Source: Gonapodya sp. JEL0774
Taxonomy: Eukaryota
Reading direction: 5' to 3'
Assembly: GCA_027604505.1 (NCBI GenBank)
Contig: JADIIX010000033.1
Coordinates: 62,001-126,000 of the forward strand
DNA: 64,000 nt
Part shown: positions 24,484 to 38,300 of the stretch, in pieces
How positions within the stretch are numbered: the stretch's first letter is position 1
Layout: each line of letters begins with the position of its first letter
Translations under genes and position numbers: made by a program
Notes under the pieces: model-generated
What the model was told of the DNA's origin: nothing
What the model saw: the letters and a program-made list of their open reading frames with translations, nothing else
The model's database searches: none

Positions 24484-26416
24484 TTACAGATCATAAGGCT
24501 CCCTGATCACATCCCAACAAGTTCTGACATGAGCAGCAGTTATTCGCAACTTCCCACTTTGTACGTTGCTTTGGCTGTCGATGACGGGGTCAGAGAGCTG
24601 CATCACAGCGTCGATCATTTTGGCCGCTTGGGCGACTTTGAGAGCCTCGAACTTCTCTTCGCGGTTCCGATAAATGGTCACCGTATCGTTAACTGCATCG
24701 ACAGATGCTCGAGGATCAGTCCGTTCGAAGTACAGCTTTGCCTCGTCACGATTGCCTTGCCAAATTTCCTCCAAGTCAAATGTAAAAATTGCCCAAAAGA
24801 CACTGACAAAAGAGTATCACCATCCATTTTCTTGACAAAAATAACGGATCACCACCACGCACTCTGAGATTTCCGTTAACGTGTATGATCCGGGAAGTAA
24901 TAGGGTGCGAAATGCTTTGCTGACAGTATCTTCAGGAGGTATCGATTCTGTCGCATTCCGCATAGTTGTGTTCATTTGTACCACTTCATCAACGAAGTCA
25001 CGGCGTTGTTGATTGCTTCGTGCCAAGGGTGAGGTGGACTTAAGTCGCAGCCAACCGGATGCTCCCGTCGATTCCAAGCTCACAAACGGCGGATTCTCCT
25101 CGCTTCCAGCATCAAGTTCTTTGCCAACTAAAGCAACAATGTTCCAGAACCAACTGGTCAAGTTCTCTCCAGGCACGTATGGCGGTATGGTCCTCCAATC
25201 AAAACTGCCACCCAAAGCGAAGAGCTTCAGCAAGTCCGCCTCTCTGGCGCACACAACACGTTCCGCGACAAAAGCATCTAAAAGTCTTTCCAGGCAACGT
25301 CGCCGTAGGTTCTGTGGTGTCATGTCATGGCGGAGCGAGAGGGAATTATTTGCAAGAGGGCTCAAGCCACGTCTCCGATCTGGGGTTGCATCTTGTCGAC
25401 GCAGTGGAGTTATGGTGTTAGTTCTAGTTGTGGCTGGAGAATTCTCCGTGGACGAAGCAATCATGGTGGGGGAGCCACCAGAGCGATAAGTAGAGGTGGC
25501 ACCACGAACTGGAGGTGAAGCGGGTCGCCGATGGCGAGATTGACTTCTTCCCTGAGACTGACTTCTTGCTCGGGATTGATGCCTGCTTCGGGACTCGCTT
25601 CTACCTCGGGAATGATTTCTGCCTCGGGATTGGTGTCTGCTTCGGGATTCGTCTCTGCCTCGGGATTGATTTTGACCTCGAGACTGATCCCTCACGCGGT
25701 GCTGGCTTCTTCCCCGTTCTCGCATATCATCCCAGTCGTCATTCCGCCGCTGAGGACTTGATGGGCTTGAAGAAGGGCTCCGCCTTCTCTTTCTGCTTAA
25801 ACCCTCATCTCGGCCTCGTCCTCGGGTGCTCTCTTCCCTTCGACCGTCTATGTCGCCTCCTCTCCTTTCCTCGAACCGATCCCCGCGTATGTGACGCTCT
25901 CGGTCTTCTTCCACAAGTCTCGTCTCTTCGGGCACACGTAATCCGTGCGGAAATAAGCGGACCTTTTTCATTTTCTGGAATGAACTTCCATGGCGTTGGA
26001 TGAGTTGAGGTTCCCTCACTGCCAAACGGTTGAGCACTAGTTCAAAGTCCGCTTCTACGAGTGAACCTTTAAATATGGATGAGTATGCATTGCGAAACTG
26101 CGACAGGGCATACGTGCTGCTTGACCCGTCACTAACGGTGCATGTGTACAATCCAACAGAACACGGCGGCTCACCCAGGTCGAAAAAGATGATATGTAAA
26201 CCACTCAGATTCCTCCTCACTCGTCGGTCGTCGCTGCTGCATCTCGATGGACTCTTCGTGTAGGTACAAGAAATTGGGAGCATGGTACATTTGCCTACTG
26301 TCTGGTAACTTGCAAGAGCGGATCCCCGACTGAGTGTGAAATTGATATCCAACAGCAAAAACCCGTTGTGCGGCTTCGCGGAACTCGTTGCTTCGGGGTT
26401 CATTGTGATTATTCAT
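24484..26416 (-). CDS. RS-rich uncharacterised protein, family member 3
   Basis: First exon MNNHNEP...FTYHLFRPG spliced into the long ORF (TYALSQF...); central RS repeat; C-terminal domain ends AAHVRTCWDVIREPYDL. Confidence 0.65.
25535..25700 (-). repeat. Imperfect 18-bp coding tandem repeat (hexapeptide xQSRGR-like)
   Basis: Recurring ctcgggat/cttcggga units at 18-nt spacing; encodes DQSRGQNQSRGRDESRSRHQSRGRNHSRGRSESRSRHQSRARSQSQGR. Confidence 0.75.
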
Positions 26417-26888
26417 AACCAACTGAGAAAACCGTAATTAGGGGGTGAGGATAACTGGGTTAGTCGAAATGACGCTCACTGATTTCAAAGCCACTGACGG
26501 ACAAAGCAGGCCCTTGCGCTCGCGAAGTATGGAAACGATGACGCTCAGAACCTCCTGCTCTGCAGAACTCATACTATACGTGCATCAAAAACAGGGGTCG
26601 CACGGTGATGAACGATTGTAAATAGAAAAAGAACCCAGATTGGTTCTACTCGTCGATGAATTGACTTAGTTGTGTGTCAGCAAGTGCTCATGTGATGTCT
26701 GGCAGACATCATGCACACGGCCCACTCGGCCAGTGAGTTTGAGCTGGTCACCTTTATCACATTAGCCCAGCGCCATTCCGGCTTCCATCCAAGGATGTCT
26801 AACCGAGAAGCTCGAATATCGAAAGTACGCTTGAGTGGAAACATCTCTAGCTGTTCACTCCTTGGTGTTCTTTATCCCAACGCTGCGC

Positions 26889-29771
26889 ATGGCCTGTCAA
26901 TCTCCGTCCACATCACGTGCTTCACAGGTCAAAAACAAGAATCCAGCTGCAATCCAGATTACTGCTGAGCAGATCCTTCGTGAAGCCAATCAGTTTCAGG
27001 AGGCACCCCCAAAAATCCCTCAGCAGAAGATTGTGGACAAAGAGGAACTTGACGAGTACAAGCTCAAGAAACGGAAGGAGTTCGAGGACAAGGTTAGACG
27101 CAACAGGACTCACATTGGACATTGGATTAAATATGCTAGCTGGGAGGAGAGTCAGCATGAGTACGAAAGGTGAGTTGCACGATATCCAAACCGAAACGAG
27201 AACTACTATTTTCTGAACCAAAGACCCCCTTTTCGCGGTCTGTTGATATCAGAGCTCGCTCGATCTATGAGCGTACTCTTGATGTTGACCACCGCAATCC
27301 GGCGGTCTGGATCAACTATGCTAATATGGAGATGAAGCACCGCAACGTTAATCATGCGCGGAACATATGGGACCGCGCCGTCCAAATTCTTCCCCGAGTT
27401 GACATGTTCTGGTACAAGTACACTTACATGGAGGAAGTCTTGGGCAACGTTGCGGGGGCGAGGCAAGTCTTTGAAAGATGGATGTCGTGGGAGCCCTCGG
27501 AAGAGGCTTGGAACTCGTATATTAAGTTCGAGAAAAGGTGAGCTTTAATTCCACTCTACAGTGATGAAAAGTGGTGGTTCAAATCTGCTTGTGGCTTTCA
27601 GGTACAAGGAGTTCGGCCGTGCGCGACAGGTGTTTGAGCGGTTCGTCTCTTTGCACCCGGAACCCAAGAATTGGCTCAAATGGGCCAAGTTCGAAGAGGA
27701 GCAAGCAGAACTTGGTATGTGACTGATGATAGGGAAAACAGCGCACTTGGGGCGGCGGCCTTGCGGAGCACCTTAATTGATACACTTGCACCAAACGATA
27801 AATTTTCCAGACCGTGTCCGGGCCATTTTTGAACAATGCATTGACCACATTGACACCGTCTCGCGCCAATCCGGTGATACCTCGGTCTTAGACCCCTCCA
27901 TCTTCGTGGCGTTTGCCAAGTTCGAAGTCCGCCAAAAGGAAATGGACCGAGCACGAGCTATATACAAGTACGCGCTGGAGCGTGTGCCCAAGGCAGGTGG
28001 CAAGCTTGATGCGTTACAAGATGCATACGCTCTGTTTGAGAAGCAGCATGGGGAAAGAGAGGGCATTGAGGATGTCATCACGCAGAAGCGGAGGGTAAAA
28101 TATGAGGAGGTAAAGTAGCTACTGGCGTTGCGCTTTGGTGGGGGATTACACAATGTTAAGCCCATTTCTGTCACTGCTGTAGGAGCTGGTGGAGAACTCT
28201 CACGACTACGACACGTGGTTCGACTTTGCACGGTTGGAGGAATCGGCAGGGGATGCTGCTCGCATTCGCGAAATCTACGAACGGGCAATTGCACAGGTGC
28301 CTCCTCTTCAGGAGAAGCGATATTGGAAGCGGTACATTTACCTTTGGTTGTTTTATGCCGTGTGGGAGGAACGAGATGCCAAGGTACGTAATGACCGACC
28401 ATTTCTCGGATTTCACGAAATCAACTCTTCCTTCTGCTCACAGGATCTGGAACGTGCCCAGGAAGTCTACGAGCAGTGTCTTAAAATTATCCCACACAAG
28501 AAGTTTACTTTTGCCAAGGTCTGGCTGCTGTACGCCGACCACCTAATCCGCCGTGGTGATGTTGCGAAGGCGCGTAAGAACTTGGGTGCCGCTTTGGGTA
28601 TGTGTCCAAAAGAAAAGCTGTTCCGGGGATATATCGAGCTCGAGCTTCGCCTGCGAGAGTTTGATCGCGCCCGAACCCTATACGAGAAGTATTTGGAGTG
28701 GAGTCCTGCCAACTGCTACGCATGGATCAAGTACGCCGAATTGGAGCGGATGCTTGGTGATACTGATCGGTCTCGGGGTATTTTCGAGATTGCAGTGCAG
28801 CAGCCCACTCTGGATATGCCAGAGGTTCTTTGGAAGGGATTTATTGATTTTGAAGTAGGAGAAGAAGAGTGGGAAAATGCTAGGGGACTCTATGAGAGAT
28901 TGTTGAAGAGAACCGAACACGTGAAGGTGATCATGAAGTCAATTGATCGGACTGCTTTCTTGCTTTCTTGAACGGTTTTCTGATGGTGTTTGCAGGTTTG
29001 GATTTCATTTGCTAACTTTGAGGCATCTGCAACCGATGTGGAGCCATACCAACGACTGGTGAATGCACGGGCAGTATTTGAACGGGCTCAAAACATCCTA
29101 AAACGTCGTGGCGCTGACTTGAAAGAGGAACGAGTGGTTCTGATGGAGTCGTGGAAGGACTTTGAAAGAACGTATGGCGATGCGGAGTCGTTGAGTAAAA
29201 TCGAAAGTAGGATGCCCAAAGTTGTCAAAAAGAGGCGGAGAGTTGAGGAGACTGGGGCGTGGGAGGAGTACATGGACTATGTATTCCCTGAAGATGAGGC
29301 GGAGCAAAAGCCCGCTCTGAAGCTGTTGCAGATGGTGAGTTTAGTGCTCATGGCTGAATTTGTTCATCTTCTATGTAGGCTAAACCAGTGTTTCTCCCTA
29401 CTCAGGCTCATCTCTGGAAGCGACAACAACAACAAAAATCCTTTGTGCGTGCATCCTCGGCTGAGAATGACGGCGAAAATGCAGATGGTGAGGCAAGAAG
29501 TGCTGGACGGTCAATGCTCGGAGTTGGAGGTATTTTTGGCGCTGCCCTGGAAGAGGCAAGAGTTGAGGAAGCGAGAAACGAAGAGGAAATGGATATACCA
29601 GACGCGGAAGAGGATGGAGATGGCGGGGATGAGGGGGACGAGGAGGATGACGAGAATAATGCGCAGAATGGGGAGAATGGCAGCATTGGAAAGCCCGCCG
29701 GCTCTGCGATAGATAGAGCGAATGGGTCCTCGGAAATGGACACTAACGAAGCAAGTGAAAATGTCCGATAG
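26889..29771 (+). CDS. CLF1: Pre-mRNA splicing factor Clf1/Syf3 (crooked neck), HAT repeats
   Basis: [72 protein letters not shown]. Confidence 0.97.
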
Positions 29772-29865
29772 TGTGAATAGTACCTCTGCAATACAATTTT
29801 TCTGGTGCATGTGGTGTTCACACACACAGAAGCAGTCCAGGAGAACTAACCTCTTCTCCCCATGG

Positions 29866-31146
29866 ATGTCATCTATTCCTTCTGCAGAGCTTCGCACGCT
29901 TAATGGACACACAGGAGGCTCCGTCCACGTGTGCCGCTTCAACAAGGACGGGAATTATGTCCTCACTGGAGCTCACGACAGGACAGCGAAACTCTGGAAT
30001 CCCAACACGGGTCTCTGCATAAAAACTTACACCGGACACGGCAAGGAGGTCCTTGGGATTGATGTGTAAGATGGATTTGATCGCTTCCCCTCCTTCATCT
30101 CGCAAGTTGCTCATGGAAGCTGGGTGTTTACTCCTGAATCCGATATTGTTTCCATCTCCATCAAACGGATTCAATTCGCCTCTCGCAGTGCGGACGATAA
30201 TTCGCGTTTCTGCACCGGTGGAGCTGATAAATCCGTGATGCTATGGGATATTGGAACGGGCCGGATCATTCGTCGGTTCAATGGACATTTTCAGAAAGTC
30301 AATACCGTCGAATTCAACTCCGACGCTACAGTTATTGCATCTGGGTCGTACGACGCTACAGTGAGGCTCTGGGATGCCCGAGCTCAGACTAAGTTGCCAA
30401 TTCAAATTTTGGAGGGGCAGTATGGACCAAAAGATGATGTTACGAGCCTTCGGATGATGGGTGCGGAGCTGTTAATTGGGTGAGTACCGAGATGTTTTTA
30501 TGTGTATCCGTCCGAGATGATAATGCTTGATTTGTCCCCATGGAAAGGTCCGTTGACGGGTTCGTCCGAAATTATGATATTCGTGCGGGGAACATTTACG
30601 CTGACAACATTGGAAGTAGGTTCGAATAGAAAGATTTTACCCCCACAAAAGTCTGACTGCATCGCCATGGGTCTGGTTGTCGCTTTCAGGTCCGGTCACA
30701 TCTGTACAGTTCTCTAATGATACCAACTGTATCCTCGCTTCCAGTCTGGATGGTGTCATTCGACTCTTCGACAAGTCAAACGGAGAGCTGCTTGCAGAGT
30801 GCGTTTAAACAATCGTTTGCGCTAACGCGGTTGTCGGGGGTGATCGTTATCGTGCTCTGTTAACGCTCCGTCACTGATAAGCTTCAAGGGTCACAAAAAT
30901 ACTTCTTATCGAGTCCCCTCATGCCTAACCCCCACTGATGCACACGTGGTTTCTGGCTCCGAGGATGGTCGAGTTGTCTTTTGGGAACTGGTGGACGGAA
31001 AGCTTGTGCGAGAGCTCCGACACTCTGAGGGTAGGAGCATCACCGCGCTTGATGTTCAGCCTGTCAAGGACGCAGCGGTACCTCTGATAGTTTCCGGTTC
31101 AGCGGATGGGACTCTGAAAGTGTGGGGTGCTGCAAAACCTGAATAG
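29866..31146 (+). CDS. WDR83: WD40 protein WDR83/MORG1
   Basis: VCRFNKDGNYVLTGAHDRTAKLWNP, SGSYDATVRLWDAR...LPIQIL, VSGSEDG. Confidence 0.9.
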
Positions 31147-31200
31147 CATCTAGCCATTATTCATATATATACAGTTCGAAGCATTGGCTTGAACAGGCAT

Positions 31201-34200
31201 CTAGATTTGCACTTCTTCGCCGCTCTGCTCGCTTTCTATTGTGTCTTCGGGTCTGACATAACGAGTTCCGTGCCACTGAAACAACAAACTTTCCTGGTGT
31301 TTCAGAAGGTCACCCATTGCGGTGAGAGTGTATGCCCATGTCGACATACTGAACAAAGTGTAGTACACCCAAAAGTCCCTGGATCACAAGTTTTTGTCAA
31401 TGCGTGGACAAAAGCAGAAGCGGCTGCTCCAATTCAGACCACTAACCAGCTAGCAGGATTTGTGGGGTGTAAATCACCAAAGCCGATTGTCGTAATGGTG
31501 GAGAAACCGAAATACACAGCATCGAGGTAACTCCTGGGAGTGTTTGTTCATTGTCAATTGCAAGGATGTGTCACAAGGCGTCCTTTGCATCTCACCAGTC
31601 TGGCTCTAAGTACGAAAAGCACACTGCGCCAATGAGCCAATTCGCGATGAAAGCCAAAATGACAGCACCGCCGACAAATCTGATTCGATTGCATCACACT
31701 CAACCGGCACAAAATTCGCCCGAATCGACTAAACGGACGTACCTGTCTGTCATTGCTTGTATAGACTCTTCTTCTTTGAGAGCCTGCTTCGGGTTTCGTT
31801 TCAGTGTTGATGCTTGTGGCTGTGCTCCTCTAGCTGACTCGAGGTGACCTTCCTGTTGTTCTTCATCATGCTGGAGTCTAATCGTACAGCTGCAGTCTAG
31901 CAGGGAATATATTGCAGCTGACTCAACTTGAGTGGACTCACGCAGAGACATAAGCAAGAGCCAGCGCAGGATCCTGGAATATTGTGTCCCGCCGCCACCG
32001 AATCTCAAGACCACTCTCTGGTCCCAACGATGCGGTTCTGTCCAAAGCAATGACTGGAAGCGACAATCGCTTTGTTCCATCTCCACGATGGCCGGATGTG
32101 GGTGGAGATCTGGTGATCCGAAACGACACTGTGGGTTGCTGTGTCAAATGGGACATGGACACTGCCGACCGACGATGAGGAGCTCCAGATGTCATCAGTG
32201 GAGCAGACCTAGCAGAAGTGGAAACTTTGGATGGTGATTGTGAGTCGCCGTGTGAACGCGACACTGATTGTCGATCCCCGTCCCTCATATCGGAATCCGA
32301 AATGACCGGCGTGGCATCTTCAATGAAGGATTCGAGGTATGAGGGTACATCCGGAGGAATGTCCATTGGCGATGGAGACGATGACACATTCCGAGTGATC
32401 ATGTTCAGAGAGGGTTCTGACGGTGACAATACAGGCAAGCCTTTAGGTGACGTGCCCATCAACGACTTGTCAGGCTGCGCAGAAAGCAGGCTCGAAGTGA
32501 TCTGCGCTTCACTTCTCTCAGTCTGATACACTGAGCCGATCATTTTTGAGTGCGTGAGTAGCTCGAGCTTAAAAGGCTCCTTGGTCATGAAACGATTGAC
32601 GCTCGCATGATGGGCTTGAGATGTTGAAAATGCGCTGTTGCGTCTTCGGCGGTGATGATTGCGGCGTACATAGGCTTCTACGTGAGGTCTGCGCAGGGCG
32701 ACGGAGATACAATTAGCAACCGCGGTGCTCACCATAACCCTAATAACAATAACCTGATTCTGCGCTCAAGCCAATCAACAAAGACACGTCTCATTGCCAA
32801 TAGGTAGTTGAGGTTGATGCTGATGCCCACAATACCTACGCGATGCGTGTGAACAAGTGCATGGACATTCTTCGGTGTTCTGAATAATCGCTTACAGAAT
32901 ATAACAACCATCACCTTGCCCGCAGAAGACTGTACACTCTCGTTCCCATATCCAACTGAGAAAAGATTGTCTGATCAAATGCAATCGCGAAGAAGAGTCA
33001 TTGCAAGGGACGTACTCGTCGTGACTGTCACCATGGTGAAGATAAAAGAGTCATTGAAACTCCATCCCTGCATCTCAGCCTCGGTCCACATGAAAAGAAG
33101 TGCTCCGATAATGTAGCAGACCATGACAAGAGCTGTGCTGATCACCAGCCGTTGTCGTGGAACATCGAGGAAGCGATTTACTGTAATCTCAACAACGAGA
33201 TGTGATCCTGCTTGTTCCTCGAACCTTGTTCATTTTTAGCTCACCTTTAGGATTGAGCCACAGAATTAGTAGATCGATTACGTGAAGTAGAACGGATATG
33301 GAGCAAGTGATATTTGTGATCCACGCTGTCAGGAGAGATGGAAATTGAACATTTAAGAACACTGAACAATGGACATCCAAGACTCAACTGGAGTAATCTT
33401 TAGTCGTAATTGGAAGAGGTTGCAATCGAATGAAGAAAGTATGGTGAAAGAGAATCGATAAAATCATTGGACCGACTTGAACTTACATCCGGACTGAGGG
33501 ATCCCGCCTTCGAAGGAATGGGCGGAACGGAACTCCGAAAGTAACAAGCTGCAGAAGAGAACCTGACTTGCAACAAAGACCACGCTAAGTTCGCTATTGA
33601 AATGCGGCGATGGAATCCTCAGGTGCTGTACAATCATCAATGAAACGGAGATCACATACGTGGTTCTGAAGACATATTGGTTTGTCGCCCTTTTGAGAAA
33701 GGTCGCCAGGGAGAATCTGTCTCATCTTGAGCACGTATCTAGAGTTATACTATGACCTACCGCATGAGAATCAACACCCATTTCGCACACCCTGCAGCGA
33801 CCACGAGCCCTAGAACGACGAAAGCATTCACGTTGGACATCAAGAAACCGGCCACCAGTGATGGAAAAGGGTAAAGCCCGGGTAGTCACATGCAAAAACA
33901 TTCTCCATCCGCGAAAGGGAAATCTCTGATCCATCGGCTTCAATGAGCCAAACAAAATCTGTTCGCGCGGGGAGGGGGGGAATTTGTCACTGCCCGGAAA
34001 TCACAAGCAGTTCGCACACCCACATACCGGATGCAGCTCTGGACATCGACACGAGGGTAATCTTTTTGATGTGGCGACGGGAGACGGATGATGGGGACGG
34101 ATTTGCGGTGTGAGGTTATTTCACAAGTAAAGGTTTACAGAAAGAAAGACGTTGAAACAAAAGATAAGACTGTCCGGTGGAGAGTTAACAGTACGCTCAC

Positions 34201-34378
34201 CGCATCGAGCATGGTCGCCCAAAACCACCTGTGCATTTGCAGGAGATGAGGACGCGGTCTTGCGTCGTTGAAGCTTCCCTGCTCTCACACACCAAGTCAG
34301 AGCTCTTCCGGGGTTGGTCGGGTCTCCCAATGCCAGCTCAACGATGTTTTCTTTGTATCTTGTCAGCCAGGTGTCCAT
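31201..34378 (-). CDS. Two-pore-domain (TOK-like) K+ channel, copy A
   Basis: Spliced pore 1 TTIGYGN and pore 2 FSTITTIGFGDLHP; extra N-terminal TM segments; start MDTWLTRYKENIVELALGD matches copy B. Confidence 0.82.
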
Positions 34379-35348
34379 CGATTGTGTTCGAGTATTTGGT
34401 GCAAAATCGAAAATTCCGCCAGTGGGGTGATCGCCCGGTCGGACTGTTTTGCGGCCTGAGGCCCTGAGTTCCTCCAGGGAGATTTCATTTCCCATCCATT
34501 CGGATTCCAACCGGAGTTTCAAGAAGATAACAGTAGAGGTGATGCCTTCAAGCTCACCAGGGGCGGGGGGGACATATGCTAGCAATCTTCACAATTGGGT
34601 AAAAGCATGGTAAGGATTGATGCAACAACCAACTATAACATGAACTCATTCCAGTTCGTGCCAGAGAGAAGAATACCCGCAGCCATGCGATTTTATCATG
34701 ATCAACAAGACAGAACAACAATGCAAAGAATAATCTCAACAGAAAGTTCCCAATTTGAGCAGAGTAGGATCACAGGATCACACAGACTTTGTTACGAGAG
34801 TCCCACCGAAATCAAAAACTCGGAGAATGTACTCACGGCAAGATGATATTACAGAATGGGAAGAATTCATCAGAGTACTGATCCACTCGCATTCAAAAAC
34901 CTGGGACGTCACCAAACACGCATGGTCGGTCGAAAGTGTGTGGTTGGGAAGGTAGGTCAGAATATAGATGGAAATACAGTTAGTTATAGATGGAATCAAT
35001 TGGGAAACACGGTGCAGAATACGGACCGGAGATGCGGCAGGGGATTGGTGAAACCGCCAAACAATCAAACGTATCGTTTGGCCTTCTCCGCACACTGCGA
35101 TCTGGAAGCTTCCCCTTCCCTCCTCTCGCTCGCGCAAAATCGCAGTTAGTATGAAACCGTGATTGATGGCAGTATGCACCATTGTCAGGGAGAAGCCCAA
35201 AAATCGCTATCTTGCATTTTTTGTGTAACGTTTTGTGCGTCATCAGGAATTTGTTATTATTCTGTTGCTTGGACTGTTTGAATTACAGTTAGGCACTAAA
35301 CATTTCCGGTACACCATAATTCTGGATGAACTGCCAAACTTAGAACTT

Positions 35349-38300
35349 TCACGGAGTCCTTAGTTCTTCTTCACGGTCCTCAATTGATTCTGGCCGAACG
35401 TAGCGTGTACCGTGCCGTTGAAAACTTATACTCTCTTGGTGTTTGAGGACGTCACCCAATGCCTAGTCACACGCATCTCATCACCTTTTGTACTGTGTGA
35501 CCACAAAAATGGAGCTGGAACGGTACCGTTAGGGTGTATGCCCAGGTTGACATACTGAACAAAGTGTAATAAACCCAGAAGTCCCTGGATTGTAGAATAG
35601 TTCCGTGAATGCATCGTTAGAGGAAGGTATTTCTTTTCCACAGAGGAACGAACCAGCTAGCAGGAGTCGTAGGATGTAAGTCACCAAACCCAATTGTCTT
35701 TGAGATGGACGTGGAGCGATGGCGGCCAACAGAGATGTATAGGTGTGGTATTGCACTCGTTGGTTCTATACTTTCAACTGAAGTAATATTTCATCAACGG
35801 TTTCCAAACTCACGGTAATGGTGGAGAACCCGAAGTAAACAGCATCGAGATAAGTCCTGTATATTCGGTGTTGATCGAGAGCGGGGGTACAGTACAAGAT
35901 CAAGGGAGAGCCGGTGCTCTGGATAGTAGAAAATGTCACAATCTTACCATCGGCCTTCCAAATACGTGAAGCAGGCCGCTCCGAGAAGCCAGTTTGCGAG
36001 AAACACCAGAATGACTGCAGCCCCGACAAATCTGAACAAAGGACACATGACGATCATCCCGAGGACTAGAGAGTAGGACGCATACCTGTCCGTAATCGCT
36101 TGAATCGACTCTTCTTCCCTAAGTGCCCGTTTCGGACTTTGCGTCAAGGAAAGGTTGTGATTGAATCTCTGGTGTTCGTCCATATTGGGTTCTCGGAGCG
36201 TATCGTCGACCTCAGAATCACGCTGCAGAGCGGAGACATACGCGAGTGCAAGTGCCGGATCTTGGAATATAGAGTCTCGGCGACGTCGAATTTCCAGTCC
36301 ACTCTCGTGGGCCGTGGACCTAGTTCGGGACAAAGAAAGCGAAGGAATTGAGGGACGTCGATCACCGAAAGTCTCGACGTAACTCATTCCTCTGTCGAAT
36401 CTAGCGCGAGAAGGAAGGGATGTAGAAATGGAAGTTTGAAACGCCACTGCGGGCTGGCGAGATCGATGCTCAGGTGAGTCAGGAGGGGTAGCAATCTCAT
36501 TTCCTGTAGTGGCGAATATTTGGACGGCTGGACGATGGAGAGGTGTACACCAGGAAGCCAGCAACGATTGCTGATCAGAGAGAATCGTGGATACGAGAGA
36601 CGTTTGCAAAAAGGGATCGTTGCTCTCATAAACGTCCATTGGTCGCGGCGAGGTCGACAAATCGCACGTGAAATAGTTCGAACTAGGTGCAGATTTGGAC
36701 AAGGGTGGAGATCCATTTATTGCACCACGATACGAAGGTTCTTGCTGAGGAGATGGTGAGGTCATTGAAGCTGGAGGATCAGGAAGGTTCTCGGTGGTAC
36801 CATGCGGGGAAAGGAACCCCCGCTGGTGCTCGAAGGTGAGTCACCGAAGAACTCCATCAGAGCTTGAAATGGCATTTGCAAAGACGCTCGAAAATTATTG
36901 CCAGAAGGGAGAGGAATAGCGCTAAGCGCACCCCTCCGTCTTCTGCGACGACTCCGCCGAACATAGTCTTCAACATGCGGTCTGTCAAACCTCGGTAACG
37001 TTCAATGGAGGATAGGAGCGGACACGTTCAATCAGTTACCTGATTCTCCTCTCGAGCCAGTCTACAAAGACACGCCGGATCGCGAGGAGATAGTTAACGT
37101 TTATGCTGATTCCGACGATGCCTATCGAGCGCAGACAAACCTCAACCGATGATTCCCGATATCAGGTAGTATTTGAATAACTCACAAAACAGCACAACAA
37201 TTATTTTGCCTGACACAGATTGCACGCTCTGATTTCCGTATCCGACTGCGGAAAGTTCGAAAGTTGCGATGAAACAGACGCCGAAATCTATCACGGGGTA
37301 AACTTCGTCGCCACACTCACTCGTTGTCACTGTGACCATGGTGAAAATGAACGCATCGTTAAAACTCCACTGCTGAGTAGCAGCCTCCGTCCACATGAAC
37401 AAGAGCGCGCCGACAATATAGCAAGTCATAGCGAGAGCTGTGCTGATCACCAATCTTTGTTGTGGAACATCTTAAAATCGGTTCACTGTTCCGGGAGACG
37501 GCAGCGTTGTCCATCTGGATCTGGATAATAAGTTGTGAGCATCTACTCAAAACCTTCGTCCTCACCGTTTGGGTATATCAGAAGAATAGCCATATCTGTC
37601 AAGTGGAGGACCACCGAGATCGAGCACGTCACGTTGGTGATCCAAGCTTGTCGCCAGAGGAAAACGCGACATCAACAGAGCGAAAAGCGTAGTTCCAAAA
37701 TCACGAGGGGCCACCCAACTAGAGTAGTATCCGGTCTGGGGAATCGAGCCTTCAAAGTTATGCATCCCACGGAACTGGGCGAGCAACAAGCTGCAAAAGA
37801 TCACTTGACTCGCCACGAACACAACACTGAGCTCCCTGCTCGGAGCTGGGTTTCATGTATAATTTCGAAGCATAAAGTTCGAAATGGGTGACACGTACGT
37901 CCCACGGAATACATACTGGTTGGTTGAACTGATTCGGACTCATTCAGTTGCTATGCTCAGTCTCGAACTCCTTAGATAATTACAAACTCACCGAATAAGA
38001 ATCAAGACCCACTTTGCACATCCTGCTCCGACAATGAGCCAAGCAAAGGTATTTTGTGTCTTTGTAAGCGGTATCTCTGTCCCGTCTGCTTCAATAAGCC
38101 AGACACTGTCTGACGCGGCTCGGCTCATGCTGAGAAGAGTCACCTTCAAGGAACGATGAATCCAACAGGGGCCATGACGAATTTAACTTGAGTTAGTGCC
38201 TTACCGCGTCGAGTATGGTTGCCCAAAACCACCTGATGATAGTCAAAAAGAGATTCGTCAGGTGATGGGTGCCTGAGTGGTTCAATCAACCATCCAGCGT

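Noticed and set aside
26175..26403. N-terminal part of the 528-aa ORF as given in the ORF track
   Set aside because: Paralog similarity (FTYHLFRPG versus ILYSLFPPG) lies in another frame, so the real first exon is the 26416 frame plus an intron
34121..34585. 154-aa ORF that looks like an independent gene between the K+ channels
   Set aside because: Its ELALGD...RALTW part matches the first exon of channel copy B, so it is the 5' end of channel copy A
34600..35250. Several 60-140 aa ORFs between the channel copies
   Set aside because: No motif or homology visible; probably intergenic
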